Part shown: piece by piece, positions 11,374 through 24,287 of the stretch
How the letters are laid out: every line of letters starts with the position of its first letter
Numbering within the stretch: position 1 is the stretch's first letter
Notes under the pieces: model-generated
The model's input: only the letters and a program-made list of their open reading frames with translations
Databases searched by the model: none
What the model was told of the DNA's origin: nothing
Assembly (NCBI GenBank): GCA_048772705.1
Contig: JBLWGC010000104.1
Span: forward strand, 434,001 to 498,000
Length of the DNA stretch: 64,000 bases
Source: Leidyana gryllorum EB-2025a
Lineage: Eukaryota > Protista > Apicomplexa
Direction: 5' to 3'
Position numbers and translations under genes: made by a program

Positions 11374-12804
11374 ATGCAAAAGATTATATGGATATGTGTG
11401 CTCACCTACCGCGCACGGACTGAACCGCGACAGATCAATCGTCACCTCGTGGACTATTATGACCCAGAAGTTCTTCTACCGAACTTCTACCACAATCAAG
11501 CTGAACTGGAGGCAGGCTTCCGGCGATTGGCAAAGCCTCATCAATGTCCCGACTACTGGATGGTGAGGGTCTCATTCCAATTCATGTGCCATTTATCGCG
11601 TGTCAGTCCGTCGGACGACAAGCCGAAGATGCCCCACTGGAGGACTCTTCCAATCCTCGATCTTTGCTGACAGCTAGGATTACCAGCTTGTCTGCAAACG
11701 ACACTCATAAGCCTGTTGGCGTATTCCTCCTCTATGGTGAACATTCGCGAGAGTGAGTATTCGTGGATGCAGAGCGTGGCGCACTCCGATCGATCTCATT
11801 GCAGAGTGATCACTTCCGAGTTGGCTCTGGCATTCGCACAGCACGTATGCCGCCAACCCCAATCCATGTGGCCGAGACCAATAGACTTGCTCATCGTACC
11901 CGATGCGAATCCACTCTCTCGTCGCAAAGTGGAATTGGGAGAGTTTTGCTTGAGGCAGAACGAAAATCATGTAGACTTGAACCGCAACTGGGACATCCGC
12001 GACACACCAGTGAAACACTCGACCGACTGGGAAGAGGATAAGGAGGAGCAGAATGCGGGCCCTCATCCGTTCAGCGAGTGGCAAACTCGCACTTTGCGGC
12101 GGATGGTTGAGGAAGCGAAGCCGGACCTGTTCATCACTTTCCACTCGGGTGCCTCAGCCTTGATGACGCCTCACGCCCATCTGTTACGAGACAGGGCGTT
12201 GCGGAAAGTGAAAGAAGAGGAGGATGTCCAAGCGTCACTCAATGTGTTGGAGATGATGGCGGAACGAGTTGGAGAACAGTTACCAGGCTGCGAGTGGGGA
12301 CAGGCTGCGGACGTCATGGTAGGACCTTAGGGTAGCTCTTTTATGGTTCGAATCAGAAGGGTGATATGCCCGGTACCTCCCTGGACTGGGTGTATGATCA
12401 TTTGCACCCAGCAGCGGCCTTCGGTGCGGAGATTTACGGACTGCCCAAGAATGAGAAACGCATTGGACGATCAATCCGAGGTGAGTGGAGGTACGAAGCA
12501 CGCAATGTTCGAGAGTCCATGTGATCAGTGGCTGCCGCGGGACAGGACCGGAGTCGGAAGGTGTTATTGGAGAGGGATACGTGTTTCACCACCTTCAATC
12601 CATCGGAAGAACAACAGTTCTTCACAACACTGAGGAACTGGGTGGAGGTGAGTGTGGATGGAGCTGAACGGGAGATGAGAGGTGATCCTTCAGATGACGT
12701 CTCAATTGATTCTTGACGTATGCAAGATTGATCGGGTAGGCCGTCTCCTGGAACATGGTGTGCCCTTACTCCGGGATGATGAAAGCGAGGAAGATCATAC
12801 GTAG
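11374..12804 (+). CDS. M14 zinc carboxypeptidase (multi-exon)
   Basis: GEHSRE (HxxE), IVPDANP, RQNENHVDLNRNW, GPHPFSE, TFHSG, GTSLDWVY, AEIY. The last exon assumes intron 12648-12693. Confidence 0.85.
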
Positions 12805-13048
12805 TCCATGGGATCGTCTGAGTGTGAATTTGCCGGAAGAGGTGGATTGGTTGCGACCTCCATGAGAACGATGATTTCAGCCAGTTGTGCAGCGGTTTCT
12901 TGAGTACTGAGAGTTGATAGTGAGATGTGGGCTGTAGGGTTAAATTTGGATAACCCACCTTTCCAGTAGGGCATTGAGGAGCGGGTCTGCAGAGCCAAAA
13001 GTGGCGCAGAGGGCCAGGAAAGATACTTTCAACAGTCCCAGAGGAATC

Positions 13049-14883
13049 ATGAGCTGCATGCGCGATGAGATTCGGGACGTGCGAGCGGGAATTGCCGTTC
13101 CATGCCCAGTCGAGGCCGTGATACCCGTGCTAAAAGCCACGGGTGCTGCTCCAACTGTTGCGTGTATGGGTCACTCTACGCCATTTCGAGCTCCATGGGT
13201 ACATCGCAGTAATGTTCAAGTGGCAATCTTTGTGGTCTTTGCATTCTGTACTTTGGGTCCTTACAATGGATTGAATGCATTGGGAGGTGGCGGGTTGAAA
13301 GATCATCTGTTGGCAACAAAGATGAATTGCGTGTACGCGTTCAGTCTGGCTATTCTTGGTTGGATTGGCGGGGCATGTTTCAATTACTACGGCTGTCAAG
13401 CTGTATGTTGCATTAGTAGTCTGTGTTATCTAAGTTACGTAATGGTGCTGCTCGCGGTGACCTTCTTTGGAGCATCGGAGCTTCTGGTGTACCCCACTGG
13501 TGAGACGACATCTAACAGTGTGGGATGACGTTGTACATCTCTATCTGCACGTGTAGGGGTCGTACTGGGTCTAGGAGCATCCTTATTGTGGGCGAGTTTT
13601 GGCGCAATATCAATACGCTACCCGGTACTCCGATATCAGGGCCGTACGTTCACCCTGATGTGGTCTTTGACGAATTTGGGGGGTTTCTCGTGCGGATTAC
13701 TGTCACTCTTTTCCAACTTTGGTGAAGGTGGAGGCGCACAAGCGAATTATCATTCGTTCGTAATTCTGTGCTGTATGGCATTGCTGGGATTGGTGGTGGC
13801 AGGCAGTGGACTTCGACACCAAGTTACAGTCTTTCGCTCTGATGGGGAGCCTGCTGGTGCGGCAAACACTACGATGGGGATTGTGCAGACGGTGAAGGAG
13901 GCGCTCAAAGTGTTCACCGATGAGCGTATCCAACCGCTGTATCCCATCTTCCTGGCTCCCTTCGCCCATATGCCATTCCTATTTAATGGGCTGAATGGCC
14001 AATTCTTCAATATACGATCTCGCTCACTTAATTCGAGTATCTATTGGCTGTCCAGGATCCCTGGTGGAATTCTGTTCTTTGCTGTTTCACGTGAACGGGC
14101 TTCCACCAGGTCCGTGAGCGAGAGTTCCGTACGTCGATGTATGGCTCGCCGACTGCTGCCGGGCCTATATCTAACCTTCCTATGGGCTGCAGTGTGTCTG
14201 GCGTTCAGTCACTTCAGCATTTTCAATTCGTTCGGCAATGTACCCCCGCCAGAGGGCCATGAGGGGAGAATTGACTTTTATCACGATTGGCCTCGATCGA
14301 TTTTGCCGATGATTCCCTTCTGTGCATTTGGAATCCTCGATGCACTCGTCCAGTCACTGTGTAAGACTTCAGCGAATTCCACTTTGTTCGATCTGTTCTT
14401 CGTTTCAAGTGTCCCGGCCGACCGAGTAACCCTCTGTTCCCCTCGCCAACCGTGTAACCCTCTGTGTCCCTCCCATCAGAGCGAAAAGGCTCGCGCCACT
14501 CATTGGAAACACACACGTTTGCAGTGTACAACCTTCTGGGTTTCCTGGCGCGCAACGATCCTCGGAAAGCGGCACTGTACAGTGGACTGTACAAAACACT
14601 CCAGTCCATCACTGTGGGCTTGGTCTGGGGTTTGGACTGGTGGTTGACGACGCACGAAGAGCGGTTGCCCTATTCGGTACGGTATAAAGTACATTGGGCC
14701 GTTATGTGCTTGAGTTGGGTCTGTGCCTTTCCTGGGACGCTCATGCACATGCTGAAGATCCGTCGGATGCCTTCCAGCACTCCGGTTTGCACTGTAGAAG
14801 TGAAAGAGGTGTCGACGACGACCTCCGCGTTCCCTCTGAGGCAATTAACCCGCAACGACTTTGCAAGGGAAGCTTTAGTATAA
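13049..14883 (+). CDS. UNC-93-like MFS transporter
   Basis: FCTLGPYNGLNALGGGG, FNIRSRSLNS, YSGLYKTLQS and many TM helices; introns 13500-13556 and 14361-14524. Confidence 0.85.
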
Positions 14884-14896
14884 TAACATTTTTCGC

Positions 14897-16394
14897 ATGT
14901 CACCAACAAAGGCCATGGACAGGAGGGTATACGGGAAGCAGTTCCCATGTGATTGGGAGGCGGCTTTGTATATCTTATTGGAGGCCAACATATCACTGCG
15001 TTCATTCATCAAACTCGTATTAGAAGAGCGCTCACGAATCGAGACACCGCCCAGGGATTTACCCGAGCGTGAGTACTGGAAGTTCCTGCTATTACGTGAT
15101 AAGACTTTGGATTCATTCCGCGACTTCCTGAGTAACACTACCCAACGGCGAAATCCATCCCCGCCCCCACCGGAGACCCCACTCAGTACCTATGTCCAAC
15201 GACCCCCCAAGAAGCCTACCGCTTTCAGTCTGCGCCCGTCCCATGCTGAAGTGATTAATCATCCCCCCGAAGACGAGGAGGAGCAGCTGCCCGATATAAG
15301 CGAGAGCGTGAACGGCCTCGAGGGGCGTGCGAGTGGGAGTAGCGAGACTCCGTCCCAGCCGCTGATGGCACGACTGAAACGGAGTAACCAACCAACACCT
15401 CAATCAGACTCTTCCCCAATATCTGGTACCACCAAGTTATCCAAAGCAAATATGTCGTCGGCGACACCCGGACTGACTAAAGCAATTCTGGAATCCACCT
15501 CTACATCGAGTGGTCAAATACAGCAAGGCCGACCAACGTCCACCCTAGATGCCTCGATACCCTCCCCCTCGACAATTACCCTCAATACAGATCCCACCCC
15601 TGCAGTCAATATTTCACCCGCCTCCTCTGCAGCCGGAAGCGCTGCTGCAGGCACCGTTCGCCGGACTCCTACTAGTCCGACCGGCAGTGGCAATCCTTCC
15701 TCCTTAACCTCCAACGCTGAAGGGAAGACCATATGCGGAGGTTGCGGGTCTTACGGAGGACGCGTGATAGGAAGAAGTCCGGATAAGGGTCAAAAAAGAC
15801 CTGTATTATATTACTGTCGGAATGCCAAATGCCCGAGGCCGCAAGAAGTCAGGTGAGTATTGCGAACAGGTCAGCGATTCTTCGTCTTTGTTAACGTGAC
15901 GTTGGAGTGTGAAATGCTCTTTTGTTTCCGCCGAGCCTCTCCTTCGCTCGCTCGCTCGCGTTGAGTGAGATCAAATAGTCACACTGCACTTAATTTCAGA
16001 TACATCGGTTGGCGTAATGAGGCACCTGAACGGTACGCTAATGTTGCGCCTGGAACGGAGCTGCCACCCTTGCCGCCTCCACAACGGTTGGATGTGACGA
16101 CACGAGAAGCTTTAAAAGGGTTGCCAGGTAAGAGAGGGGGGTAACAGCTCGACACTCAGTTGGTACTTTGATGCAGTCGAGAGTATGCGGGGAGATTTAA
16201 ATCGTATGTGGCCTGACGATGTTGGCCGGACGGTGTGTATGGAATGCGGCACCGAAGCAATTGAACTCATCCACGAAACCGTCCGGATGTATCTGTGTGT
16301 AAATGACAACTGTGCGAGAGCCAAACGGGGAGCAGCAGGGAAGGTCGTAGGGTGGTATGCATTGAACATTGAAAGAATTCGGACGTCTCAATGA
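14897..16394 (+). CDS. Uncharacterised protein: EAAL helical domain, S/T/P-rich linker and two C4 zinc ribbons (paralog A)
   Basis: Exons 14897-15852, 16000-16127 and 16177-16394 join in frame via GTGAGT..TTTCAG and GTAAGA..TGCAG. They give CGGC..YYCRNAKC..RYIGW and CMEC..YLCVNDNC..KVVGW. Confidence 0.7.
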
Positions 16395-16429
16395 GGCGAT
16401 AGAAAATAGTGCGTATTTTGACAGCTTCT

Positions 16430-17622
16430 ATGACCCTCCCTCCATCACGCGCTGAGGTGGTGCTTGACCGCCTGTTGCGAGAAGCGTGGCAACAAGGAGA
16501 CAGACAATCCACCTCTTCCACATCACGACCCCACAGAGAGCCACCAGCACCGTCGTCGTCCGTACATCGATTACGTCACCCTGCAGCAAGCGACTCGTCA
16601 CCATCTACTGAAGCCTCACAACGCGAGGTAGCTTTGCACGACCGGATATCACTCCGGTCCGATCGTTTCGGTTCGCACAACGTACAGGATGTCAAGGAAG
16701 CAGCGTTATTTCTATTGTTGAGCGATAACTGCTCAGTGCTGGACTTTGTGATCTGGGCCATGGCGGAACGTAGGAAGGTCACCCACTCCCCGCAGCTAGT
16801 GGCCCGGAACCAAGTCTGGAAATACGGCCTGTTCCAGGACTCATCCTTGGCACCGGACTTGCACGCGGTTTCGACAACAGCCAGCCTTCCCAGCGAAAAT
16901 GATATGGGAGCAGAACCAGATCTCTTTCTCACCACTCCCGGCATTGAGCACGCACGATTCAGTAAGTTCACACACATCGACCCCCACGCCGAACGGTCCT
17001 GACAACCGGCCCCACGCCTACACTCCCAACAGATACGGCGGTTCCCCCTCCCGTTTGATGACCTGGAACACCAAGTATTTAAATGCTGTGTGTTTCCCGT
17101 CGTCTGCTGCCTACCCACCCCTTGACTCATCTACCTACCTACCTACCTACCTACACCCCCGTATCTCTGCCGCTGCTGCTGCTGCTGCTGCTGCACGATC
17201 TTCATATTCTCCTTGGCATAGATTCCTCTCCCATTATGGTGGGATATTGCAAGGACGAAGAGCCCCCAACGGGTACGAGGGGTAGCATGGGCTCGACAGT
17301 CTGCGGCGGCGGGAGTATGCCGCCGACTGCCATCACAGTTTCCACCTCGTGCCCGTCCAGTTCTAAATGTAAAGGTCCACCTTTGGGTGGCATGGCGACG
17401 TCTACGTATCCACGAACGACACGTGGGTCAACGCGGCGGGTGCCTGAACTGGAGAATGTCACTGTCTGCCCTGACTGCAACCGAAAGGGTCAGAGTATAT
17501 TTGACCCGAACAATAGCGGCCCCCAGGGTGTGGTCTGGCAGTACTTTTACTGCCGAAACAACGACTGCGTGCGGGGACGATCGAGTTCAAGATATATTGG
17601 GTGGGCACCCCGCCCGAAGTAG
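16430..17622 (+). CDS. Uncharacterised protein: EAAL helical domain and one C4 zinc ribbon (paralog B)
   Basis: Exons 16430-16961 and 17222-17622 join in frame (GTAAGT..CATAG), giving EAALFLLLSDNCSVLDFVIWAMAERRK and CPDC..YFYCRNNDC..RYIGW. It could instead be two smaller genes. Confidence 0.6.
17130..17195. repeat. (CTAC)n and (GCT)n microsatellites inside predicted intron
   Basis: ctacctacctacctacctacctac, followed shortly by gctgctgctgctgctgctgctgc. Confidence 0.9.
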
Positions 17623-17662
17623 ATAGATAGCATGTAGTCACAAAAATAAGCAAGTACTGGCT

Positions 17663-20189
17663 CTACTGCAGTTTCTCGTACATCGCGTCAATTTCGGCCT
17701 CATAGGCCTTCTTGGCCTCAGCTCGCCGGATCTTTTGAGTCGGTGTCAGCAAGTCATTTTCCACGGTGAAGGCCACAGGCGTCAGGTGGAATTCCCGCAC
17801 CTTCTCAAAGCCCTTCAGCCCGTTCTTCGTCCCAACAGCGTCCATCTCCGCTTTCATTGCTGAGATAAATGCTAGATTACGACAAATGCTCTCCAGCTTT
17901 GGATCAGTGTTATTCTTCTCGGCCCATTTCACGGAAGCGTCCTCATCAGGTACAATGATTGCCACCAAGCAAGTCTGATTTTAACACAATTCGATCGGCC
18001 GTCTCCGGCACACACACTTACCTTTTGAGAATATCCAAAGACAAAGATCTGCCCAACGAGGACAGCTTGCCCATAGATCGCTTCAATCTTCTCTGGAGCC
18101 ACATACTCGCCTTGAGCCAGCTTGAAGATGTTTTTCTTCCGGTCAATAATTTGTATCGCGCGGGTAGGCTCAATTAAGACGACGATGTCTCCTGTGTGGA
18201 ACCAGTTCTCGTCGTCCCAAGCCGCGGCAGTGCCTTCTGGGTTGAGGAAATAACCGCTAGCAACACCAGGCCCGCGCAAACAGAGCTCGCCCCGAGGAGG
18301 CTTGTCAGTGACCAGATAGTTGAGCTCAGGGACCGAACAAAGCTTAAACTCAACCCCTGGCCATACACCTCCCACAGGTCCCGCCAATGAGTCCTGTGGA
18401 TGCATTAAGAAGCACGGGCCAAAGGACTCTGAAAGCCCATAGCCTTGCATTAGGGGCGCCGCAAAGAAGGCGGTCATTCTTTCACACACGACAGGATCTA
18501 AGGGAGCTCCCCCACAGATCATCCCTCTTAAGCGCCCGCCCATCATAGTACGGATAGAAGCGAAAACCACCTGCAGACCAAAGAGAATCGGTAGCTTTCC
18601 CACAAATACACGGAGAGGACGAACGGCAAGAGAAGGATAGGAAGAGTGACGGAGAGACAGAAAGAGAGGAAGAGGAACCAGCGACAAGTCATCGGGATAA
18701 TTATTCACTTACCGCATCCCATATGCGGTGTGTGGTCGTGGATTCATTCCGTCTGCGATTGACCTTCGCATTGAGCCCTTGATTAAACAGCATTTGCATA
18801 GGCGCCTTCTTGTCTTGTAACGTTAACGCGATCTGCCGGGAAAGAAGTCATCCATTGGTTGACAAACAGAGAAGGACGCACTCTGTCATTTATGCGATTG
18901 AAGAGGCGTGGAACGGACAAGAAGACTGAGGGTTTGAGAACTTTAATGTCATCCAGAAGTTTGGCCATGTCACCCGAGTAGAGCCCGATGCTTCCGCCGA
19001 CAGTGATAACAATGTTACACACACAACGTTCGAAAACGTGTGCCAGCGGTAAATAAGATATTATACAGTCGCCTGCATTGACGTCGAAGATGCCGTGAGG
19101 CGCTATGGGTCCTCGCACCGCTCCACAAACCACCGAGAGCACTGTGAGATTAGATATAAGGACGCCTTTGGGTTGCCCCGTCGTTCCTGTGAGAGAGAGA
19201 AAGACAGATAGAGCTGGAGGAAGGTGGTGGGGGTAATCGCACCTGAAGTATAGCAGAGTGTATTGATAGAGTCTCTGCTGGTGGCTGGTGACGGAGGAAG
19301 TGTATCGACGCCTGCGGCAACGACTTCATGCCATAATGCGACGTTCAGACCGATGAGCTTCCCAGCTTCAACAGCTTCCTTGTACTTTTGTTGCATTAGG
19401 CGTGAGTCTTCTGTGGAGGGATCGATCAAAATGATATTCTTCACCGAGGTCAGATGGGGTTTCCGGACACGCGAGCCATCATCGTGTTTCGTCGCAATCA
19501 CCCGCAATAAAGTGGGGAAGCAGTCAAATGCAACCAAAATCGTCACCATCCCTGAAACCCAATCGATGGATGGCGCTCAATCTTCACACACTGCGCGCAA
19601 CAACATTGAACGCAATCAGTGAGCAGAAGAAGAGAGAGACTCACACACACACACAGACAGCACACTCATAAGCCATGTGCAGCTCACTGGTCTGCTCCAG
19701 GATGAACTCCATGGATTCGTCGCCAAGCGTATCATAGAGGGGGCAAAGGGTTATGTCATAGGCGTTACAGGCCTGCTCTGCTAGGAACCACTCGACGCAG
19801 TTCTTAGAGTACAGACCCAGCGTTCTCATCCGTTGGGCGCCAGGGAGCGCTTCCTCGGGATAATGGACCAACGGTACCAAGTCCTGACGGATCAAAGATG
19901 TGCCGAAGCATAGAGAAATGTTCTCTGCCTCTGAGTAGGACATCCACTCATAAGGGCCAAGCTCCCCATTGGCTTTGCGGAAACGTCTGCCCAGGAAGGG
20001 ACGATGAGGTTGTCTCGTGACGGTCCCCTTGAACAGGTCCCACGCACTGGTCATGGTACGGTCGACCATACTGGCGATTAGCTCGCTGGGATGGCTCGCA
20101 GCTCGATAGACATGGGATGAGCCTGGAGTTGGCCCACTGACGGGCACCGCGTACTTGTAGTTGTGGGAGAAGCTTTGGCCGTTCCCCAT
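17663..20189 (-). CDS. Long-chain fatty acyl-CoA synthetase (AMP-binding), multi-exon
   Basis: CYTSGTTGQPKG, SYLPLAHVFER, QGYGLSE, WFHTGDI, IDRKKNIFKLAQGEYVAPEKIE, LLTPTQKIRR; N-terminal MGNGQS myristoylation motif. Confidence 0.95.
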
Positions 20190-20405
20190 CGTGTGCTAAA
20201 AATGTGGATTTACCACCGAGTTCGTCTCAACTCGATTCCTATGCTAGGCTAACATGTGCTCTATGTCTAACGTATTCCTCTCTATCAGACGTATTTCCTC
20301 TCCAACTCTCTCTGTGTCTGCTGTGGCCATCACATCAACCCGCACCGTTGTGTCGTGGCTAAAAATTGCAAAAAGCTTTTTGAGCTGCGAGAGACAGTTG
20401 ACGGG

Positions 20406-20907
20406 ATGGCTCCGAAGAAAGTCGCCAAGGTGGCTCAACCCACAACCGGCCTGCAAGCCCCCATCCCGGCGGACAATACCAATGTCTTCGGCGTAGCCCA
20501 CGTGTATGCGTCCTTTAACGATACTTTCATCCACGTGACTGATATCTCCGGCCGTGAAACCATCACCCGTGTCACCGGTGGTATGAAGGTCAAGGCCGAT
20601 CGTGACGAGGCCTCCCCATACGCTGCTATGCTTGCTGCCCAGGATGTTGCCCAGAGATGCAAGGAACTCGGCATCACTGCCATCCACATCAAGCTCCGTG
20701 CTACCGTAAGTCTCGCCATAACCCGCACAAAAATCTTATCTCTCCCTCCAGGGTGGTGTTGGTGCTCGCTCCCCAGGCCCTGGTGCCCAGGCTGCTCTCC
20801 GTGCCCTCGCCAGAAATGGCATGAAGATTGGCAGAATCGAGGATGTCACCCCCATTCCTTCCGATTCCACCAGAAGAAAGGCCGGTCGCCGTGGTCGCCG
20901 TCTGTAG
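20406..20907 (+). CDS. RPS14: 40S ribosomal protein S14 (uS11)
   Basis: [61 protein letters not shown]; intron 20706-20751. Confidence 0.98.
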
Positions 20908-21386
20908 GCGTCTTGTTGTGCGTGTCTGCGTGCTCTGCCTCACCGAACCGACTTGGTAAAAACATTACAACTCTGCAATGTACAACAGAACTTCACTGCC
21001 TTCTGTGAGTTCAGTGCCAAATGGAACTTTTCTGCTCTATCTGACATGGTGCTGCGATGTAAAGGCACCTCCATTTTCCAATTACAGTCTTCTCAAACAT
21101 CGGCTCCGATTTACAAGGCGATAAACTGGCCTCCTGACATCACACAGAGACTGGACACTCGTAATCTTCGGGTTTGGGTCTAACATGATTCGCCCAACAG
21201 AGTGTGTGTCTCGTAAACAGCGTTCGGGATCGTGTTATAACACACTTGATGTGCTGAAGGGGATTGTAGTACGCGGCATTGGCTGGCATCGATCAATTAT
21301 TTATTGTGGATCGTCGTGATGGGAGATGCATGTGGGCCGGTGCATGGCCAAACTAAGGTCACGAGTGCAGCGATAGGGGGGTGCCG

Positions 21387-24247
21387 ATGATGAATACCAT
21401 AACATCTGTGCCAGATGAATTCCTCCAGTGCATCTGTGACTACGCTGGTCTGACACTTACATGGCGATTGGCTGGAACCTGTCGGACATTGTGGCGATTT
21501 GTCTTCTTCACTTGGCAGCCACAGCTCTTAGACTTTTCTCCCAGCCTGCTGGTGCACTTGCGGTACTCTAACGGCAGGTCAGGGGGTCGTTCTAACATTT
21601 TCCTGTCGGACCATTGCCTGTTCGCTCACTGGCTGGCTCGTGTACTGCACACGCTTGAGCATTTGAAATATATCAAGACCTATAGGGCGTCTCAGGCATG
21701 GCGGATTCTATATTTGTCACCTCATCTGGCATCTGAGGAGTCTGTGCCAACGGATCATGCCGAAGAGCAGGACGTGGTGGACTCTTATCTGTCGTTTGCT
21801 GATCTGTCTGTGATACTGCTGGGAGCTCGAAAGTGTTTGCGAAGTATCGATCTGACTTGCAATTACGATCCGGGTGCCCCAAGCCGCGCGTGGCTTGGAA
21901 TGCCCCCAGTTAGGGACTGTGATTGGTACATTATATGTCCAACCGCTTTCCCGCCACTGCCCTCTTCTCCTGTGAGCCCTCTGATGAGCAGCTCATCGGA
22001 CCTATTCGAGAGAGATCCGCGTGTGCCCGGGAAACAGGGTTGCTCACTGACCAGCCGTGACATGATAGTGGTGTCTCCCAGGGATCCACATGACCACCTG
22101 CCATGTTGTCGAAGTCTGGAACGTCTGCTCTACGTGACAGGTTTGAGTATGGACAACAACTTGCGATTGCCGCCTGTGAGAAAAGACATGTCGCTGAGCT
22201 CTGTGGCCCAACCGTCCCGGCGACCGTTGTTGACCTTCAACAATCTGGAGACTCTGACTTTGCGGCCGCCGGTGGAAGCGCTGTACAGTCAAAATTGTTG
22301 GCCCCTGGTGTGTCTGATTCGGTTGCTTCGGTTCGGGATTTTCCCCAAACTCAAGGAACTGCGCATCCTCGGAGACTTTCGGGTCATCAGACAGACCGGC
22401 CCAGAGCGCGGGTCCACGCACGTGGCTCCCACTCCGACGAGAAAGTCTTCAATTCTGACTTTCGCGACGCCGTTTGAAGATACGCTCCTATGGGACCACG
22501 ATGTCATCAATCTATACTACAATGGGGAGATCCCAGTCCGGCAGAGGCCAAACTTTGCAGCCCGTCGATTCCTGTCATTTGCCAACCCGACTGCGTACTT
22601 TGATCAACAGACGTATTGGCGGCAGATTTTTGAGGCTGCTGACGTCTGGGATGAGAAGCGGATCCCCTGTTTGGAGCACGTGGCCATCACGGGACACAAT
22701 GACGATTGGAGCAAGTTGGTTCTGGTCAATTGCCTATCTGCCGGGAGGGGTATACACACTCTGGAATTCGATCGGTCGGTCAAGAGCCCACTGCAAGCGC
22801 TGGATTTGCCAGTTGATCGTCATACAATGAGTCCGAAACGATGGCCAAATCTGAGAAGAATCCTCGTCCGCTGTGTCTACGGGACAGAAACTCTGGCTAC
22901 CATTCAAAGGCTGTTCAGTATTCTGTTGGGACGGCCCATCGTTGCGCAAACCGGGCAACTGGTGCTCACAGATGAGATGGACTTTGGGAGAGAGTCAATG
23001 AGACTACACAAATGGACCGACTTTCAGTGTCGGCGACATAGTGTAGTTTCCCAATTGGCGGCTTCAAGAATATCGAAAACCACAGAGGACCTCGATGACC
23101 AACCGATTACCGAAGCCGTCCGCGACCGACCCCATCTCGATACTGCCCGATTCAATGCTCGAAACATATTGCGGTCGGATTTCGACTCACATTCGAAGCT
23201 CCTCGACGACGGCTTTTTCGTCCCGAATCGGCCCAGGAGACTACGTTTTCGTCTACTGGCACAAGGCGATGAATATGATCCCGATCAGGTTGAAGACAAA
23301 CTTCTGGAACTCGCCTGTCTTCAAGACGGCACTTTGTTACACACAGTCAATGAGAGCAGAAAAGCCGCCATTGCCAACGGTTACCTCTTTCGGATCGGCG
23401 AAACACGCGGAACTATCGCCGAGTTTGACCGATCCGCCGGATTTGAGTACTTAGACACTGTAAGTTATTTCTTTTCGAGAAAGTTCAGGGTCGGCAACGG
23501 GGTCACCACTCTGTACCAGAGCTGACCTGCTCCCGCCCGGCTCTCATCTATTCCTATATACACTCGCGTTGTACGTGTTTCCAGGGCAATTTCCAGGAGT
23601 TCTGGAACATTGAGGAAGTGGAGTTCGACATTGGAACCTATGAGGAAGGCACGCCGGAAGCTTTTGATGAGACCACCAACAAAGTCATGCCGCTACGCTT
23701 CCGCCACTTCCGTCCCACAATGAGACGCGCCTCCATTGGTGCTGGGCTCATACCCCCGGTAAAAGAGGGCGACGAAGCACATGAAGGCGCCAGCAATGAG
23801 TCTTCTTCATCCCCTTCTTCCGCACCAGCAATCTCCCCCTCTGCCATCGGGGATCTTCGAAGCCAGTTCCCCAGCATCGAGCAGCTGAACGAAGAAGGGG
23901 GGCACATCATTGTCCCCAAGGATCTCAGAGATACTGGAGTCTTCTACATCAGCCGTCGCAGGAGCTCCCCTGCCGTGACGCTAAAACGACCTCTTCGCAA
24001 AAAGTACAGATGGCCCGCCGAACCAGCCAAACCCCAAGAGAGTACGGTCAAACGAGTCGCCGCCATCCTCCGCTATCCCCTGACGATGGAGCAGAAGCGG
24101 CAGCCCCGGTTCGGCAGTGCCACGGAAGCCTGGAGGAGGGTGGAGATGGTCCGAAAGTGGATCGCCTTCAATCCCACTCTCTCAGCGGTCACCCAGAAAA
24201 GTCTCGAGGTGCGCATCACAAGCGAGTTCAATGACACCGCATTCTGA
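21387..24247 (+). CDS. F-box-like / LRR-like protein; probably spliced to the 23585-24247 exon
   Basis: N-terminal SVPDEFLQCICDYAGLTLTWRLAGTCRTLW and FNNLETLTL / FPKLKELRI / WPNLRRI repeats. A phase-0 intron 23460-23584 joins the downstream ORF; without it the protein ends at 23525. Confidence 0.6.
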
Positions 24248-24287
24248 ATTCATTTGACTTGACCTGCGAGCCTTCTTCTCCGTCATA

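Noticed and set aside
21180-21260. Possible box C/D snoRNA downstream of RPS14
   Set aside because: Degenerate C box, no terminal stem and no convincing rRNA-complementary guide.
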